Source of the DNA: an uncultured delta proteobacterium
Lineage (GTDB): Bacteria > Myxococcota > Myxococcia > Myxococcales > Myxococcaceae
Reading direction: 5' to 3'
DNA length: 63,838 nt
Assembly (NCBI GenBank): GCA_963776345.1
Contig: CAVZMH010000010.1
Location: 1-63,838, forward strand
Position numbers and translations under genes: made by a program. How positions within the stretch are numbered: position 1 is the stretch's first letter; each line of letters opens with the position of its first letter. This document shows, in pieces, positions 49,088 to 59,430 of this stretch. The notes beneath the pieces are model-generated. The model made no database searches. It was given only the letters and a program-made list of their open reading frames with translations, and was not told the origin of the DNA.

Positions 49088-50686
49088 CTAGAAGTTCCCG
49101 GCGAGGCTCAGGCCACCCCCGCCCGGGACGGCCATCGCGCCGAGGCGGACGCCGGGCTGGCTGCGGATCTTCTCGTTGTGCTCGCGGATGAGACCCACCA
49201 GCTCGTCGCGTGAGACCGGGTGCGTGCTGTAGGCGCTGGAGGCGATGCCCAGCGCGGCGCCGCCGAGCACCAGGCCCCCCGACCAGTAGAAGCGCTCGCG
49301 GAGCTGGGCATCCCGGTCGTCCGAGCACTTCATGTCCCCCGGCGCGCAGCCGTGGATGGCGAAGGCGCTGATGCCCACCGCCACGCCGGAGATGAGCAGC
49401 AGCGTGCTGCCCACGCCCATGATGCGTTTGGCGGCGGCCCGGCGCTCGTACTCCTCGGCCAGGTCGTTCCGCCCGAGCGCGGTGTAGAGCGAGCGTCCCT
49501 GCAGGGGGCGCTTCTCCGGTCCCATCACCGGGACCTGGACCATCGGGCCATAGCCGTGGGTCCCCTCGACGCGGGCCGGCCGCCACTCGAGGCGGATGAG
49601 GCGATCGTCCACCGGCGCGGACTTCTGCGCGCCGGGAGCCGCGGGGGCGTAGCCCGGCGGGGGCGGGGGTGGCGGCGCCGAGCCGAGGTCGGCGTCACCG
49701 GTGCGCGGCGCGGGGGCAGGGGCGGCGGTCTGGGGCACCGGGACCGCGCCGGGCGGGAGCCGGGGCGCGGCGCTCGGGACCTCTTGCACCGTGGGCGCCT
49801 GGGCGCCGGCGCCGACGGCTGCAGCTCCGGCAGCCGCTCCGGCGGCCGCGGCCGGTGCGGGCTGCTGCGCGTAGCCCTGGGCCGCCGGGGCCTGTGGCTG
49901 TGCGGCGGGCGGAGCGTACGCCGGGGGAGGTGCGGCGTAGGTCGGTGGCGGCGGGGCGGCCTGTGGCGCGGCGTAGCCCTGGGCCGCCGGGGCGGCAGCG
50001 GGGGCGCCGGGCGCGGCCATGGCGGCACCGGCCGCGGCGCCACCGGCGGCGGCGGGCGGGGCGTACGCCGGAGGAGGCGGCGCGTACGCGGGAGGCGCCG
50101 CCTGTGCCGGTGCGGGCTGCTGGGCGTAGCCCTGGGGAGCGGGCTGCTGGGGAGGAGGCGCGTACTGCTGGGCCGGGGGGGGCTGCTGGGCGTAGCCCTG
50201 GGGAGCGGCCTGCTGGGGAGGAGGCGCGTACTGCTGGGCCGGCGCGGGCTGCTGGGCGTAGCCCTGGGGAGCGGCCTGCTGGGGAGGAGGCGCGTACTGC
50301 TGGGCCGGCGCGGGCTGCTGGGCGTAGCCCTGGGGAGCGGCCTGCTGGGGAGGAGGCGCGTACTGCTGGGCCGGGGCAGGCTGCGGGGCGTAGCCCTGGG
50401 GAGCGGCCTGCTGGGGAGGAGGCGCGTACTGCTGGGCCGGGGCAGGCTGCGGGGCGTAGCCCTGGGGGGCGGCCTGCTGGGGAGGAGGCGCGTACTGCTG
50501 GGCCGGGGCAGGCTGCGGGGCGTAGCCCTGGGGCGGGGCCTGCTGGGGGGCGTAGGCCGGGGGGGGTGGCACCGACTGCACCGGCACGCCCTGATCGGCC
50601 AGGACTCGGACGGGATAGCCGCCCAGCGCGGCGACGAGCAGGGATGCCATCGCCTGCTGGACGATGGGGGTGCGGCGCGCAGTCAC
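49088..50686 (-). CDS. Exported Pro/Gln/Ala-rich tandem-repeat protein with C-terminal membrane domain
   Basis: GAGGAGG RBS + GTG, signal-like N-terminus, 22-aa repeats, two hydrophobic segments, ends GLSLAGNF. Confidence 0.8.
   Translation of the reverse strand: MTARRTPIVQQAMASLLVAALGGYPVRVLADQGVPVQSVPPPPAYAPQQAPPQGYAPQPAPAQQYAPPPQQAAPQGYAPQPAPAQQYAPPPQQAAPQGYAPQPAPAQQYAPPPQQAAPQGYAQQPAPAQQYAPPPQQAAPQGYAQQPAPAQQYAPPPQQAAPQGYAQQPPPAQQYAPPPQQPAPQGYAQQPAPAQAAPPAYAPPPPAYAPPAAAGGAAAGAAMAAPGAPAAAPAAQGYAAPQAAPPPPTYAAPPPAYAPPAAQPQAPAAQGYAQQPAPAAAAGAAAGAAAVGAGAQAPTVQEVPSAAPRLPPGAVPVPQTAAPAPAPRTGDADLGSAPPPPPPPGYAPAAPGAQKSAPVDDRLIRLEWRPARVEGTHGYGPMVQVPVMGPEKRPLQGRSLYTALGRNDLAEEYERRAAAKRIMGVGSTLLLISGVAVGISAFAIHGCAPGDMKCSDDRDAQLRERFYWSGGLVLGGAALGIASSAYSTHPVSRDELVGLIREHNEKIRSQPGVRLGAMAVPGGGGLSLAGNF
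50104..50545 (-). repeat. 66-bp (22-aa) tandem repeat, about 6.5 copies
   Basis: GTAGCC anchors at 50126, 50192, 50258, 50324, 50390, 50456 and 50522; unit PQGYA(P/Q)QPAPAQQYAPPPQQAA. Confidence 0.95.
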
Positions 50687-50878
50687 AGGGAGCCCTCCTC
50701 TTCCGGCCGGAGACCGACGAGACGCCCCGGCCGACGAAATATTCATCCCCTCTGCCAGCGATGACACCTCGAAGTTCGCCCCGTTGCCAGGTGGACTCTG
50801 GGCCCATCTGCCGACGTCGGCGGGGGCCCCTGGCGCAGTCCGCCTGCACCTCCACCGAGCGCCCGGCCCCCCCTCGCC

Positions 50879-53486
50879 CTACTTGCCGAACAGTCCCTGG
50901 AGCCGCTTCCGGGCTTCGTCCGCGGCCTGCTGGCGGAGCGTCTCGGCCTCGGACTGCGCCTTCTGCTCGCCTGGCGTCGGCTCGGCGCCGCCCGTGGCCC
51001 CCGCGCCGCCGAGCGCGCCCGCCGCGGCCTTGCCGAGCTCGGACTGTCCGAACAGCGAGCGGATGGTGCTGGCCCCGGCGAGCCTGGCGATGGTGAGCGC
51101 CGCCGGCTTCACGTCCAGGCCGGAGATCTGCGGTGCCCAGGCCGGGCCCGAGAGGCTCAGGGCGACGGGGATGGACTCGGGCGGCGTCACCTTGCCGCCG
51201 GTGAGCGTCTTGATGGTCTCCGGCGTCAGCGCCACGGTGCCGGCGAGCGCCAGCGCCCCCGACAGCCCGATCGCCCCCGCCGAGGGTGATGCCCGCCTGC
51301 GGGAGCTGCACGGTGATGGGCTTGGCCAGCTTGGCCACGCCGTTGTCCACGGTCAGCGCGACGCCGAGGTTCTCGCCGAGCGAGGTCCGCCCGGTGCCTC
51401 CCAGCGCCCTGGTGGCGAAGGGCAGCGCCTTGGCGAGCGGCGCGGCCACCGACGAGACCAGGTCCGCGCCGAGGAAGGCGCCGTTCTTGAGGTTCCCGTC
51501 GATGGAGCCGTCGAGCGTCCTCTGCACCGCGGTGAGCGTCGTCCCCTTCCCGGCGAGCGCGATGGTCCCGTCGAAGATGCCGGCGAAGGCCTTGCCCTTG
51601 CCGCCGAAGGTGAGCGCCTGGGCGAGGTCCAGGCTCTTCACCCCGAGCTTCAGGTCCCAGGGCCTCTCCACCGGTCCGAGCCGGACGCTGGTGCCGTCGA
51701 GCCGGACCTGGCCGCCCGCGGCGTCCATGGCGAGGCGGTCCACCTTGAACAGGTCGTCCTGCATCGTCGCGTCGAGCGCCACGTTCCGCCACGGCACCTT
51801 GTGGAAGACGAGCGAGGCGACCTCGGCGTGGATCTTCCCCCGCATCCCGTCGAAGCGGTGCGGGTCTGCCGGCGGAGGCGCGGTGTCGGTGTCCAGCAAG
51901 AGCGCGTCGGCATCGAGCTTCGCGGCGCGGGCGTCGAGCGCGAAGGTGGTCGTGGCGCGCTTGCCCTCCCCCTGCATCTCCACCGAGGCCGTGCCGCTGA
52001 CCGTGTCCTCGAGCACCCGGAGCGTCCACGGGTTGACCTTGATCGTGGTCGTCCCGCCCCGGCTGGCGCTGCCCTTGAGCGACAGGGCCATCGGCTTCCC
52101 GGGCGGTTTGTCCAGGAGTAGCCCGGGCCGGAGGTCCGCTCCGGCGAGGTCGAGGTCGACGTCGAAGCGGTAGGCGCTCTTCCCCGCGCCGCGGAGGTGG
52201 GTGACCAGCGTCATCGGCGCTCCCGCCGCCTTGGCCAGCTGCTGCGGGATGGCGAGCCGCACCGGGGTGAGATCGAGCGTCACGTCGAGGGACGGCGCGG
52301 CCTGCGTTCCCGCGCCGCGGATGGTGAGCCCCACCGGGCCCGCGGCCTGCCCCTTGAGCGCCCGGGCGAGCGGGGGGAACGAGCGCGCCAGCACCGCCGG
52401 GTCCAGGTCGTGCCCGACGATCTCGAAGGCCTCGATGCTCGGCGTCTCGCTGGCGAGCCCCCGGATGCGCCCGTGGCCGGTGATGCCGGCCTGGCCGAGG
52501 GCGATGGCCAGGGTGCGGATGTCCAGGTCGCCGGTCTCGGCGTTGCCGCTCAGGTCGGTGTCGATGGTCAGGTCGAGCGGGGCGGCGCCGGTGCCGGCGA
52601 AGCGCAGCCCGCGGGCGTGGATGCCGCCCTTGGCCTGGGTGGGGCCCTGCCCTCCCGGCACCGCGGCGCCGAGGTCCGCGGTCCAGTCCGCGTCGAGCCG
52701 GCCGGCCTCGAGCCGCGTGTCCTTCGGGAGGAAGGGCCCGAGCGGGGCGAGGTCCACCGGCTGGATCTTCACGACGATGCGCTCCGGCGTCGGCTGGAGC
52801 GTGTTCGGCAGCGGCGCGGTCTTGAGCCGGAGCTCGAGGTTCTGCTTCTCCGCCAGCAGCGCGGCCTTCACCACCACCTCCAGCGGCTCGCCCGCGCGGA
52901 GGTCGTCCAGCGTGATGTCCAGGTCCGAGATGCCGAGCTCTCGCGGCTGGCCCGCGCTCCGGTCCACCAGCCGCACCCGGCCGTCGGTCACCTCGGCGTG
53001 GTCGACGCGGACCGCGGAGAGATCGCGGGGCTCGTCACTCGCTGGCGCGGAGGGAGTCGCCTTCTCGAGGCGGGCCTGGAGCCGCTCGACGTTGGTGGTC
53101 CCATCCTTCAGCCGGACCACGTTCACCACCGGCTGGATGACCGCGATGGAGCGCACCTCGATGTCCTTGCCCAGAGAGAGGAGCGCCCTGAGGGCCGCAA
53201 CCCGGACCCTCACCTCCTTGACCTGGGCCAAGGGCACCCCCTCGTCCGCGGCGGCGCCGACCTCGATGCCCGAGACGGTGGCGCCGAGGCCGGTGAGGAA
53301 GGTGGTGGAGACGCGGCCCACCTGGACCGGACGGCCGAGCTGCTGCGACAGCGTGGCCGCCTCCGCCTGGGCCCGCCGGGTGAGGACGGAGTCGAGGACC
53401 AGCGAGGCGACGAAGACGGCGACCACCAGGACCGCGACCACGATGGCGAGGACGCGGACCCAGCGCTTCTGGAAGGGCGAGGCCAT
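50879..53486 (-). CDS. AsmA-family protein (apparent +1 frameshift near 51275)
   Basis: N-terminal TM anchor, LGRPVQVG, DGTTN, long beta-rich body; C-terminus in ORF 50879-51235 (LQGLFGK). Confidence 0.85.
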
Positions 53487-53507
53487 GGGCTCGGCGCGCC
53501 CGAGCGG

Positions 53508-53975
53508 TCAGTGCTTCACTGTGAACGACTTGGTCTGCGACGGCTGTCCGTCGACGGTGAGGACGACCTTGTAGCTCCCGGCCGGCCAGCCGGAGGGCTT
53601 GGAGATGTGGAACTCGGTGTGCATCGCCTTCTCGGAGGGCGGGGTCACGGTCTTGCTCTCCTCGTGGACCAGCACGTCCTTGGGGCCGAAGGTCCAGCGC
53701 GTGGCGAACACGGCCTGGGGCGCCATCCCCACGCTGGCGACCGAGAGGTAGATGGTGTCCTTGGGACCGAAGGTGTCGGTCGCGGTCTGGACCGTGTTGT
53801 CCGGCTGGATGCCCTTGCCCAGATCGGCCCCGGTGACCCGGAACGGCGCGGGGGGCGGCGGTGGCGGGGGCGCCTGGGTGACCGGCGGCGGGGGGGGCGG
53901 CGGCGGTGGCTCCTCCTTCTTGCAGCTGGAGAGCAGCAGCAGGGACAGACCCAGCAGGGCAGCGTGTCGGAGCAT
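53508..53975 (-). CDS. Pro-rich lipoprotein with Ig-like domain
   Basis: Lipobox LSSC, poly-Pro linker, GWPAGSYKV..KSFTV. Confidence 0.8.
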   Translation of the reverse strand: MLRHAALLGLSLLLLSSCKKEEPPPPPPPPPVTQAPPPPPPPAPFRVTGADLGKGIQPDNTVQTATDTFGPKDTIYLSVASVGMAPQAVFATRWTFGPKDVLVHEESKTVTPPSEKAMHTEFHISKPSGWPAGSYKVVLTVDGQPSQTKSFTVKH

Positions 53976-54004
53976 CGGTGTTCCTCCGGTGGAAGGGGTG
54001 CGGC

Positions 54005-54244
54005 TCAGGCCTTCGGGATCTTCAGCACCTGGCCCGGGTGGATGAGGTCGGGGTTGTCCCCCACCACGTCCTTGTTGGCGTCGTAGAGCACGCGCCACTT
54101 CTTGGCGTCGCCGAGGAGCGCCTTGGCGATCTTGCTCAGGCTGTCTCCGCGGCGGACGGTGTACGTGCGTTCGACGCCGGTGTCGCTCGAGATGCTCGAG
54201 CTGCCTCCTTGCACGTCTGAGAAGTCGGGCTCGTCGTCGGGCAT
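54005..54244 (-). CDS. Small LysM-domain protein
   Basis: YTVRRGDSLSKIA..NPDLIHPGQVLKIP. Confidence 0.92.
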   Translation of the reverse strand: MPDDEPDFSDVQGGSSSISSDTGVERTYTVRRGDSLSKIAKALLGDAKKWRVLYDANKDVVGDNPDLIHPGQVLKIPKA

Positions 54245-54386
54245 GGTGTGTTCCTCCCTGTACAGCGCGCTGTATGACCATCAGGTCAGTGGGACCAATG
54301 GTCAATGGGCCGTTGGTACGGTTCCTGTTGCCTTTCGGTCGAGACAGGGGCAGGACTCCCGGGCGCGCCGAGGAGGGGAAGCCGCA

Positions 54387-54785
54387 ATGAGCGTGGCGAA
54401 GGATTTCCGCGAGTTCTTGCTGAAGCAGAACGCGCTCGCACTGGCCGTCGGTGTGGTCATCGGCGCCGCCGTCGGCAAGGTCGTCAGCGCGATCGTCGAC
54501 GACATCATCATGCCCATCGTCGGCATCCTGATCCCGGGCGGTGAGTGGAGGACCTGGGAGCTGGCGCTCACCCACGACGCCGCGGGGAAGGTGACCAACG
54601 CGCTCAAGTACGGCGACCTGCTCGGCCGACTGGTGGACTTCGCCATCGTCGCCCTGGTGGTGTTCTTCGTCACCAAGGCGCTGCTCAGGGCCCCGCCCCC
54701 TCCGCCGACCAAGGCCTGCCCGCGGTGCACCGAGGCGCTCCCCACCGCCGCCACCCGCTGCAAGTACTGCACGAGCGATGTCTGA
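54387..54785 (+). CDS. mscL: Large-conductance mechanosensitive channel with C-terminal Zn ribbon
   Basis: DFREF..LAVGVVIGAA..IIMP..YG; CPRC..CKYC. Confidence 0.92.
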   Translation: MSVAKDFREFLLKQNALALAVGVVIGAAVGKVVSAIVDDIIMPIVGILIPGGEWRTWELALTHDAAGKVTNALKYGDLLGRLVDFAIVALVVFFVTKALLRAPPPPPTKACPRCTEALPTAATRCKYCTSDV

Positions 54786-54816
54786 GCTCACAACCCGCCG
54801 TTCTGAGGACTCTCTC

Positions 54817-55169
54817 ATGCGTCGAATCGTTGCCGTGATCGCGTTGGGGGCGGCCGCCGTGGGCTGCTCCACCGTTGACCCGTCACCCAAGCTGAAGGCC
54901 GCCACCGCCGCCATCGAGGCCGCGAAGGGCGCCGGCGCCGAGAGCTATCCCGCGTCGAAGGACCTGCTCGCCAAGGCCGAGAAGTACCTCGCCAACGCGC
55001 AGAACCTGATCAAGGACGGGAGACACCAAGGCCGCCATCGCAGCAGCTCAACCTGGCCAGCGCCGCCGCCGACGACGCCAAGGTCACCGCGACCGACGCC
55101 TCGAACGTGGCGAAGATCCAGACGCTCTCGCAGCAGATCGCCGATCTCAAGATGAAGCTGGGCAAGTGA
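54817..55169 (+). CDS. DUF4398-like lipoprotein (frameshifts near 55020-55045)
   Basis: Lipobox AVGC, AAIEAAKGAGA; the C-terminal coiled coil ends at TGA 55167-55169 in another frame. Confidence 0.7.
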
Positions 55170-55183
55170 GAGGGATGACATCC

Positions 55184-56019
55184 ATGCGACCGACCAAGCT
55201 CATCGTTGCCCTCGCCGTGACCTCCGCGGGGTGCGCCGGCCCGTTCACCTACCCCGATCTGGCGAAGGCGAAGGACACCTACGCCCACGCGACGAAGACC
55301 GGGGACCCCGAGGCAGTTCCCGAAGGAGTTCGACGACGCGAAGAAGGCCATCGGCGCGGCGCAGTCCGCGCAGGACGCGCAGGCCTCCTTCGAGCGCGGG
55401 CAGGACCCGTCCACCCCGCGTGCGCTCGCCACCGAGGCGCTGTTCAAGGCGGAGGTCGCCGACAAGACCGTCGCGGCCGCGAAGTCCGACGCCGACCGCA
55501 AGGCGAAGGAGGCCGAGCTGGCCGGGCTCCAGGCGGAGTGGGACGCGAAGTCCGCCGGCGCCAATGACGCCGCGGCCCGCGCCGAGGCCGAGCGCGCCGC
55601 CCGCGAGGCCGAGGAGGCCCGCATGCGGATGTCCAAGTTCGCCGACGTGAAGGAGGACGAGCGCGGCACCATCATCACCCTGGCGGGCGGCATCCCCTTC
55701 GAAGAGCGGCAAGGCGGACCTCAAGCCGGTGGCCATCGACCGGCTGAAGGTCGTCGCCGAGGCGCTCAAGGGCACGACCCGGACCATCCTGGTGGAGGGC
55801 CACACCGACAGCACCGGGAAGCAGGAGAAGAACCTGACCCTCAGCCAGGCCCGCGCCGAGACGGTGCGCAAGTACCTCGTCGACGGCGGCCTCCCGGCCG
55901 GGCAGATCCGCGCGGTGGGCATCGGCCAGGACCGTCCGATCGCCGACAACAAGACCTCCGCTGGCCGGGCCAAGAACCGCCGGGTCGAGGTGGTGCTGGA
56001 GAAGCCCCCGGCGAAGTAG
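55184..56019 (+). CDS. OmpA/MotB-domain lipoprotein (frameshifts near 55303 and 55701)
   Basis: Lipobox SAGC, coiled coil, VEGHTD, LSQARA, NRRVEV. Confidence 0.85.
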
Positions 56020-56245
56020 ATCCAGCAATTTCGTCGAATCTGGGGTGGCGAGGTCGGTCCGACTCGCCACCCGGTGGGCGGTGACTCGTACATCCGCCCA
56101 GACGGGGCGTGCGACACCCGGAATGGCGGGGCGCGCGAGCGACGCGCTAGGGTGTTTGCCAGGCGTCGTTTGCCGGCCGCTCCTTCACTTGCAGTGTCTG
56201 CGGCCGGTTGGCGCCGGGGAGTTGCAGCCCACAGGTGCTTTTCCG

Positions 56246-57781
56246 GTGAACCCGTCGGACAGCGAGCGCATCGAGACAGGCCCGCTGCCGACGGCGGCGG
56301 TGTTCGCCAGCTGCGAGTACGACTTCCAGAGCGGGCGCTTCTCCTGGACCGACCGGGCCGAGTCGCTCTTCGGGACCGTGCCGCGGACGGTGGACGCGTT
56401 CCTCGAGCACGTTCAGGCGGACGAGCGTGAGCGGGTCTGGAACACGCTGTGGCGCGCGCTCTCCGACCGCGGGACGCACGACTTCGAGTACCCCTGCATC
56501 CACCTCGACGGCGCGCTGCGCTGGCATGCCTGGTACGGGCGCCCGCTGGTGGACGAGGCCGGCCGGGCGCGCGGGCTCGCGGCGCTGGTGCTGGACGTCA
56601 CCACCCGCCGGATGACCGAGCGGGCGCAGCTGGAGGAGCTGGCGGAGGCGCAGTCGGCGCGCGAGCAGGCCGAGGGCGCGCTCCGCGGCAACCTGGCCGT
56701 CGCGGCCGTGGCGCACGACCTCAAGACGCCACTCACCGCCATCCTCGGCTGGGCGAAGTCGCTCCAGACCCGGCGCTCGGACCCGGACACGGTGGAGCGG
56801 GCGAGCACCGCCATCCTCCGCAACGCGCGCGCCCAGGCGCGGCTGGTGGACGACCTGCTCGACGCCGAGCGGATGGCGCGGAGCAAGCTGGTCCTCAAGC
56901 GCGAGTGGGTGAACGCCGGAGCGGTGCTCCGCGACGCGGTGGAGACGGTGCAGCCCGAGGCCGAGGACCGCGAGGTCTACCTCGACGTGGAGGCGGCGGC
57001 GGACCTGCCGGCGCTCTACGGAGATCCGGGCCGGCTGACGCAGGTGATGTGGAACCTGCTCTCCAACGCGCTGAAGCACTCGCCCCCCAGCGGGACGGTG
57101 CTGGTGCGGCTGCACCGGGCGGACGGAGGCGTGACGCTCGAGGTGACCGACGCCGGGCCCGGCATCCCGCAGGAGGCGCTGCCGCACGTCTTCGAGCCGT
57201 TCTGGAAGGGCACGGGTGACGAGCAGCGGGGGAGCGGCCTCGGGCTCGGGCTGTCCATCGCCCGCCGGCTCACCGCGCTCCACGGGGGAACGCTGACCGC
57301 GGACAGCGGCACTGGCCAGGGCGCGACGTTCCGGCTCTTCGTCCCCGCGCCGGCGCAGGAAGGAGCGCCCGCGGTGATGGCGGTGCCCGCGCCCGCCCAG
57401 CTGCCGCTCGCCGGGGTGCGGGTGCTCTTGGTGCCCGACGAGCGCGCCGCGGGACAGCTGATGGCCACCGCGCTCGCCCGGGCGGGTGCGGACGTGGACC
57501 TGACCGAGCCGGGCCAGGCCCTGAGCCACGCGCGGGCGGCGCATCCCGACGTGCTGGTGAGCGGTCACCTGGCGTTCGGCGACCCGGCGCGCGGCCTCCT
57601 GGCCCAGGTCCGGGGAGTCGCGGGCATCGCGCTCCGGGGGGTGGCGCTGGTGGACGCGTCCCGGCCGGCCGAGCGCGCCCGGGCCCGCCGCGAGGGCTAC
57701 GACGCCGAGCTCGGTCGGCCGGTGGACTCGGTCGACCTGGTGGGCGCGGTGCTGCGGGTGATCGGCCGCCACCGGCGCTGA
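56246..57781 (+). CDS. PAS-HisKA-HATPase hybrid kinase with degenerate receiver
   Basis: AHDLKTPL, NLLSNALK, DAGPGI, GLGLGL; the receiver-like tail lacks the canonical Asp residues. Confidence 0.9.
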   Translation: MNPSDSERIETGPLPTAAVFASCEYDFQSGRFSWTDRAESLFGTVPRTVDAFLEHVQADERERVWNTLWRALSDRGTHDFEYPCIHLDGALRWHAWYGRPLVDEAGRARGLAALVLDVTTRRMTERAQLEELAEAQSAREQAEGALRGNLAVAAVAHDLKTPLTAILGWAKSLQTRRSDPDTVERASTAILRNARAQARLVDDLLDAERMARSKLVLKREWVNAGAVLRDAVETVQPEAEDREVYLDVEAAADLPALYGDPGRLTQVMWNLLSNALKHSPPSGTVLVRLHRADGGVTLEVTDAGPGIPQEALPHVFEPFWKGTGDEQRGSGLGLGLSIARRLTALHGGTLTADSGTGQGATFRLFVPAPAQEGAPAVMAVPAPAQLPLAGVRVLLVPDERAAGQLMATALARAGADVDLTEPGQALSHARAAHPDVLVSGHLAFGDPARGLLAQVRGVAGIALRGVALVDASRPAERARARREGYDAELGRPVDSVDLVGAVLRVIGRHRR

Positions 57782-57895
57782 GCCCGTGGGGCCGCCGAGA
57801 CCCGGCACGGCCGGCACGTCGCTCGGGGCCCGGTCGTTCTGCGGCGCTTTGCCGCAGGGCGGGACGCGGGTCGATGGCCTAGATCCGGCCGGGAC

Positions 57896-58816
57896 ATGCT
57901 CCGGCTCGCAGCGGTCCTGCTCGCATCGGTGGCGCTCCTCGTCCCGGCCGCGGCGCGCGCTTGCTCGGTGTGTGGATGCGGAGACCCGCTGGTCCTCGCC
58001 GGCGACTCGATGCCCGTGGCGAGCACGATGCGGTTCGCGCTCGAGTACGAGTACCTGACCGCGACCGCGCGCAGCGACGACCAGCCGGACCGGACCGAGT
58101 CGCTGACCCAGATGACGCTCCGGCCGGTGGTCGTCTACAGCCCGGTCGAGCGGCTGAACCTCGTCCTACAAATCCCGCTGGTCCGAAAGGACTGGGCGCT
58201 CTCCGGCACGCCATCGGCGGGGCCCGAGGCCGCGACCCCCACGGGACTGGGCGACCTGGACCTCGGGGCGCGGCTCTTCGTCTGGGACGCCACCAGCATC
58301 CGGGCCCAGCGGCGGCAGAACCTGGCGCTGACCGCGGGGACGTCGTTCCCCACCGGCTCGGTCAATCGCACCACGGCGGATGGCGAGCGGCTCGACCAGC
58401 ACGCGCAGCCCGGGACGGGCGCCTGGGGGCCCTACGTGGGCGCGCTCTACGCCTTCCACCAGGACCCGTGGAACCTCTTCCTCTCCGTCACCGGGCGCTT
58501 CCGGACCACCAACAGCGACGGCTACCGGTACGGCGACGCGGTCCTGTGGAGCGCGCAGCTGCGCTTCCGGGTCATCGAGTCGCTCGCCCTCCAGGCGGGG
58601 ATCGACGGGCGCTACGCCGGCCGCGACAGCTCCGAGGGCGTCCCGCAAGAGAACACCGGGGGCCTGGTCGTCTCCGCCGTCCCGGGTCTGGCCTGGAACA
58701 TGGCGGGCCCCATCTGGCTGCTCGCCCAGGTGCAGATCCCGTTCGCCACGAAGCTCTTCGGGCAGCAGACGGTGGGGGTCACCGCCATGGCGAGCGTCCA
58801 GTACGTGCTGAACTGA
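57896..58816 (+). CDS. Outer-membrane beta-barrel (MetA/phenol-degradation-like transporter) with N-terminal CxxCxC
   Basis: Signal ARA then CSVCGCG; GLGDL, PTG, QPGTG, amphipathic strands. Confidence 0.75.
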   Translation: MLRLAAVLLASVALLVPAAARACSVCGCGDPLVLAGDSMPVASTMRFALEYEYLTATARSDDQPDRTESLTQMTLRPVVVYSPVERLNLVLQIPLVRKDWALSGTPSAGPEAATPTGLGDLDLGARLFVWDATSIRAQRRQNLALTAGTSFPTGSVNRTTADGERLDQHAQPGTGAWGPYVGALYAFHQDPWNLFLSVTGRFRTTNSDGYRYGDAVLWSAQLRFRVIESLALQAGIDGRYAGRDSSEGVPQENTGGLVVSAVPGLAWNMAGPIWLLAQVQIPFATKLFGQQTVGVTAMASVQYVLN

Positions 58817-58890
58817 CGCGCCGGGGCGCTCAGCCCCCCGCACCAGGGGGACGCCTGCGGACCGGCGCAGGGGCGCCAGGTCGATGAGGC

Positions 58891-59430
58891 TCAGCGCCGC
58901 GGCGGGTGCTTCTGGAGCTTCCGCTGGAGCGACTTCCGGTGCAGCCCGAGCCGGCGGGCGGCCTCGGACACGTTTCCGTCCGAATCGGCGAGCACCCGCT
59001 GGATGTGCTCCCACTCGGCGCGGGCCAGCGAAGGCGCCGCCGGCTCCTCGGGAGCCTCGTCCACCGGGAGAGGACCTCCGCGGGCGAAGGCGGCGAGCAG
59101 CTCGTCGGCGTCCACCGGCTTCTGGAGGTAGTGCAGCGCGCCGCGGCGGACCGCCTCCAGCGCCGTGGCGATGCTCCCGTACCCGGTGAGCACCACCACC
59201 GCGGTGGCCGGGTCGATGGACTTGAGGGTCGAGACGGCGTCCAGCCCGCTGCCGCCCGGCATGCGGAGGTCCACCACCGCGCACTCCGGCGAGTCCTCGG
59301 TGGCGAGCCGGGCCGCCTCCTCGGGGCTCCCGGCGGTACGCACCTCGTGGCCGCGGTCCCGCAGCGCGCGGGCCATCCGCTCGCGGAAGTTCTCGTCGTC
59401 GTCCACGAGGAGAATGGAGAGCGAGGTCAT
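58891..59430 (-). CDS. regA: RegA/PrrA-type response regulator
   Basis: LLVDDD, DLRMP, LTGYGSIATA, EWEHIQRVL..GNVSEAARRLG.HR.SLQRKL. Confidence 0.95.
   Translation of the reverse strand: MTSLSILLVDDDENFRERMARALRDRGHEVRTAGSPEEAARLATEDSPECAVVDLRMPGGSGLDAVSTLKSIDPATAVVVLTGYGSIATALEAVRRGALHYLQKPVDADELLAAFARGGPLPVDEAPEEPAAPSLARAEWEHIQRVLADSDGNVSEAARRLGLHRKSLQRKLQKHPPRR

Noticed and set aside
50104..50545. 66-bp periodicity as a CRISPR array
   Set aside because: Whole units repeat with no unique spacers, the period is a multiple of 3, it lies in a coding frame, and no cas genes are present.
54313..54331. TTGGTACG possible sigma54 promoter for mscL
   Set aside because: The -12 position reads GT rather than GC.
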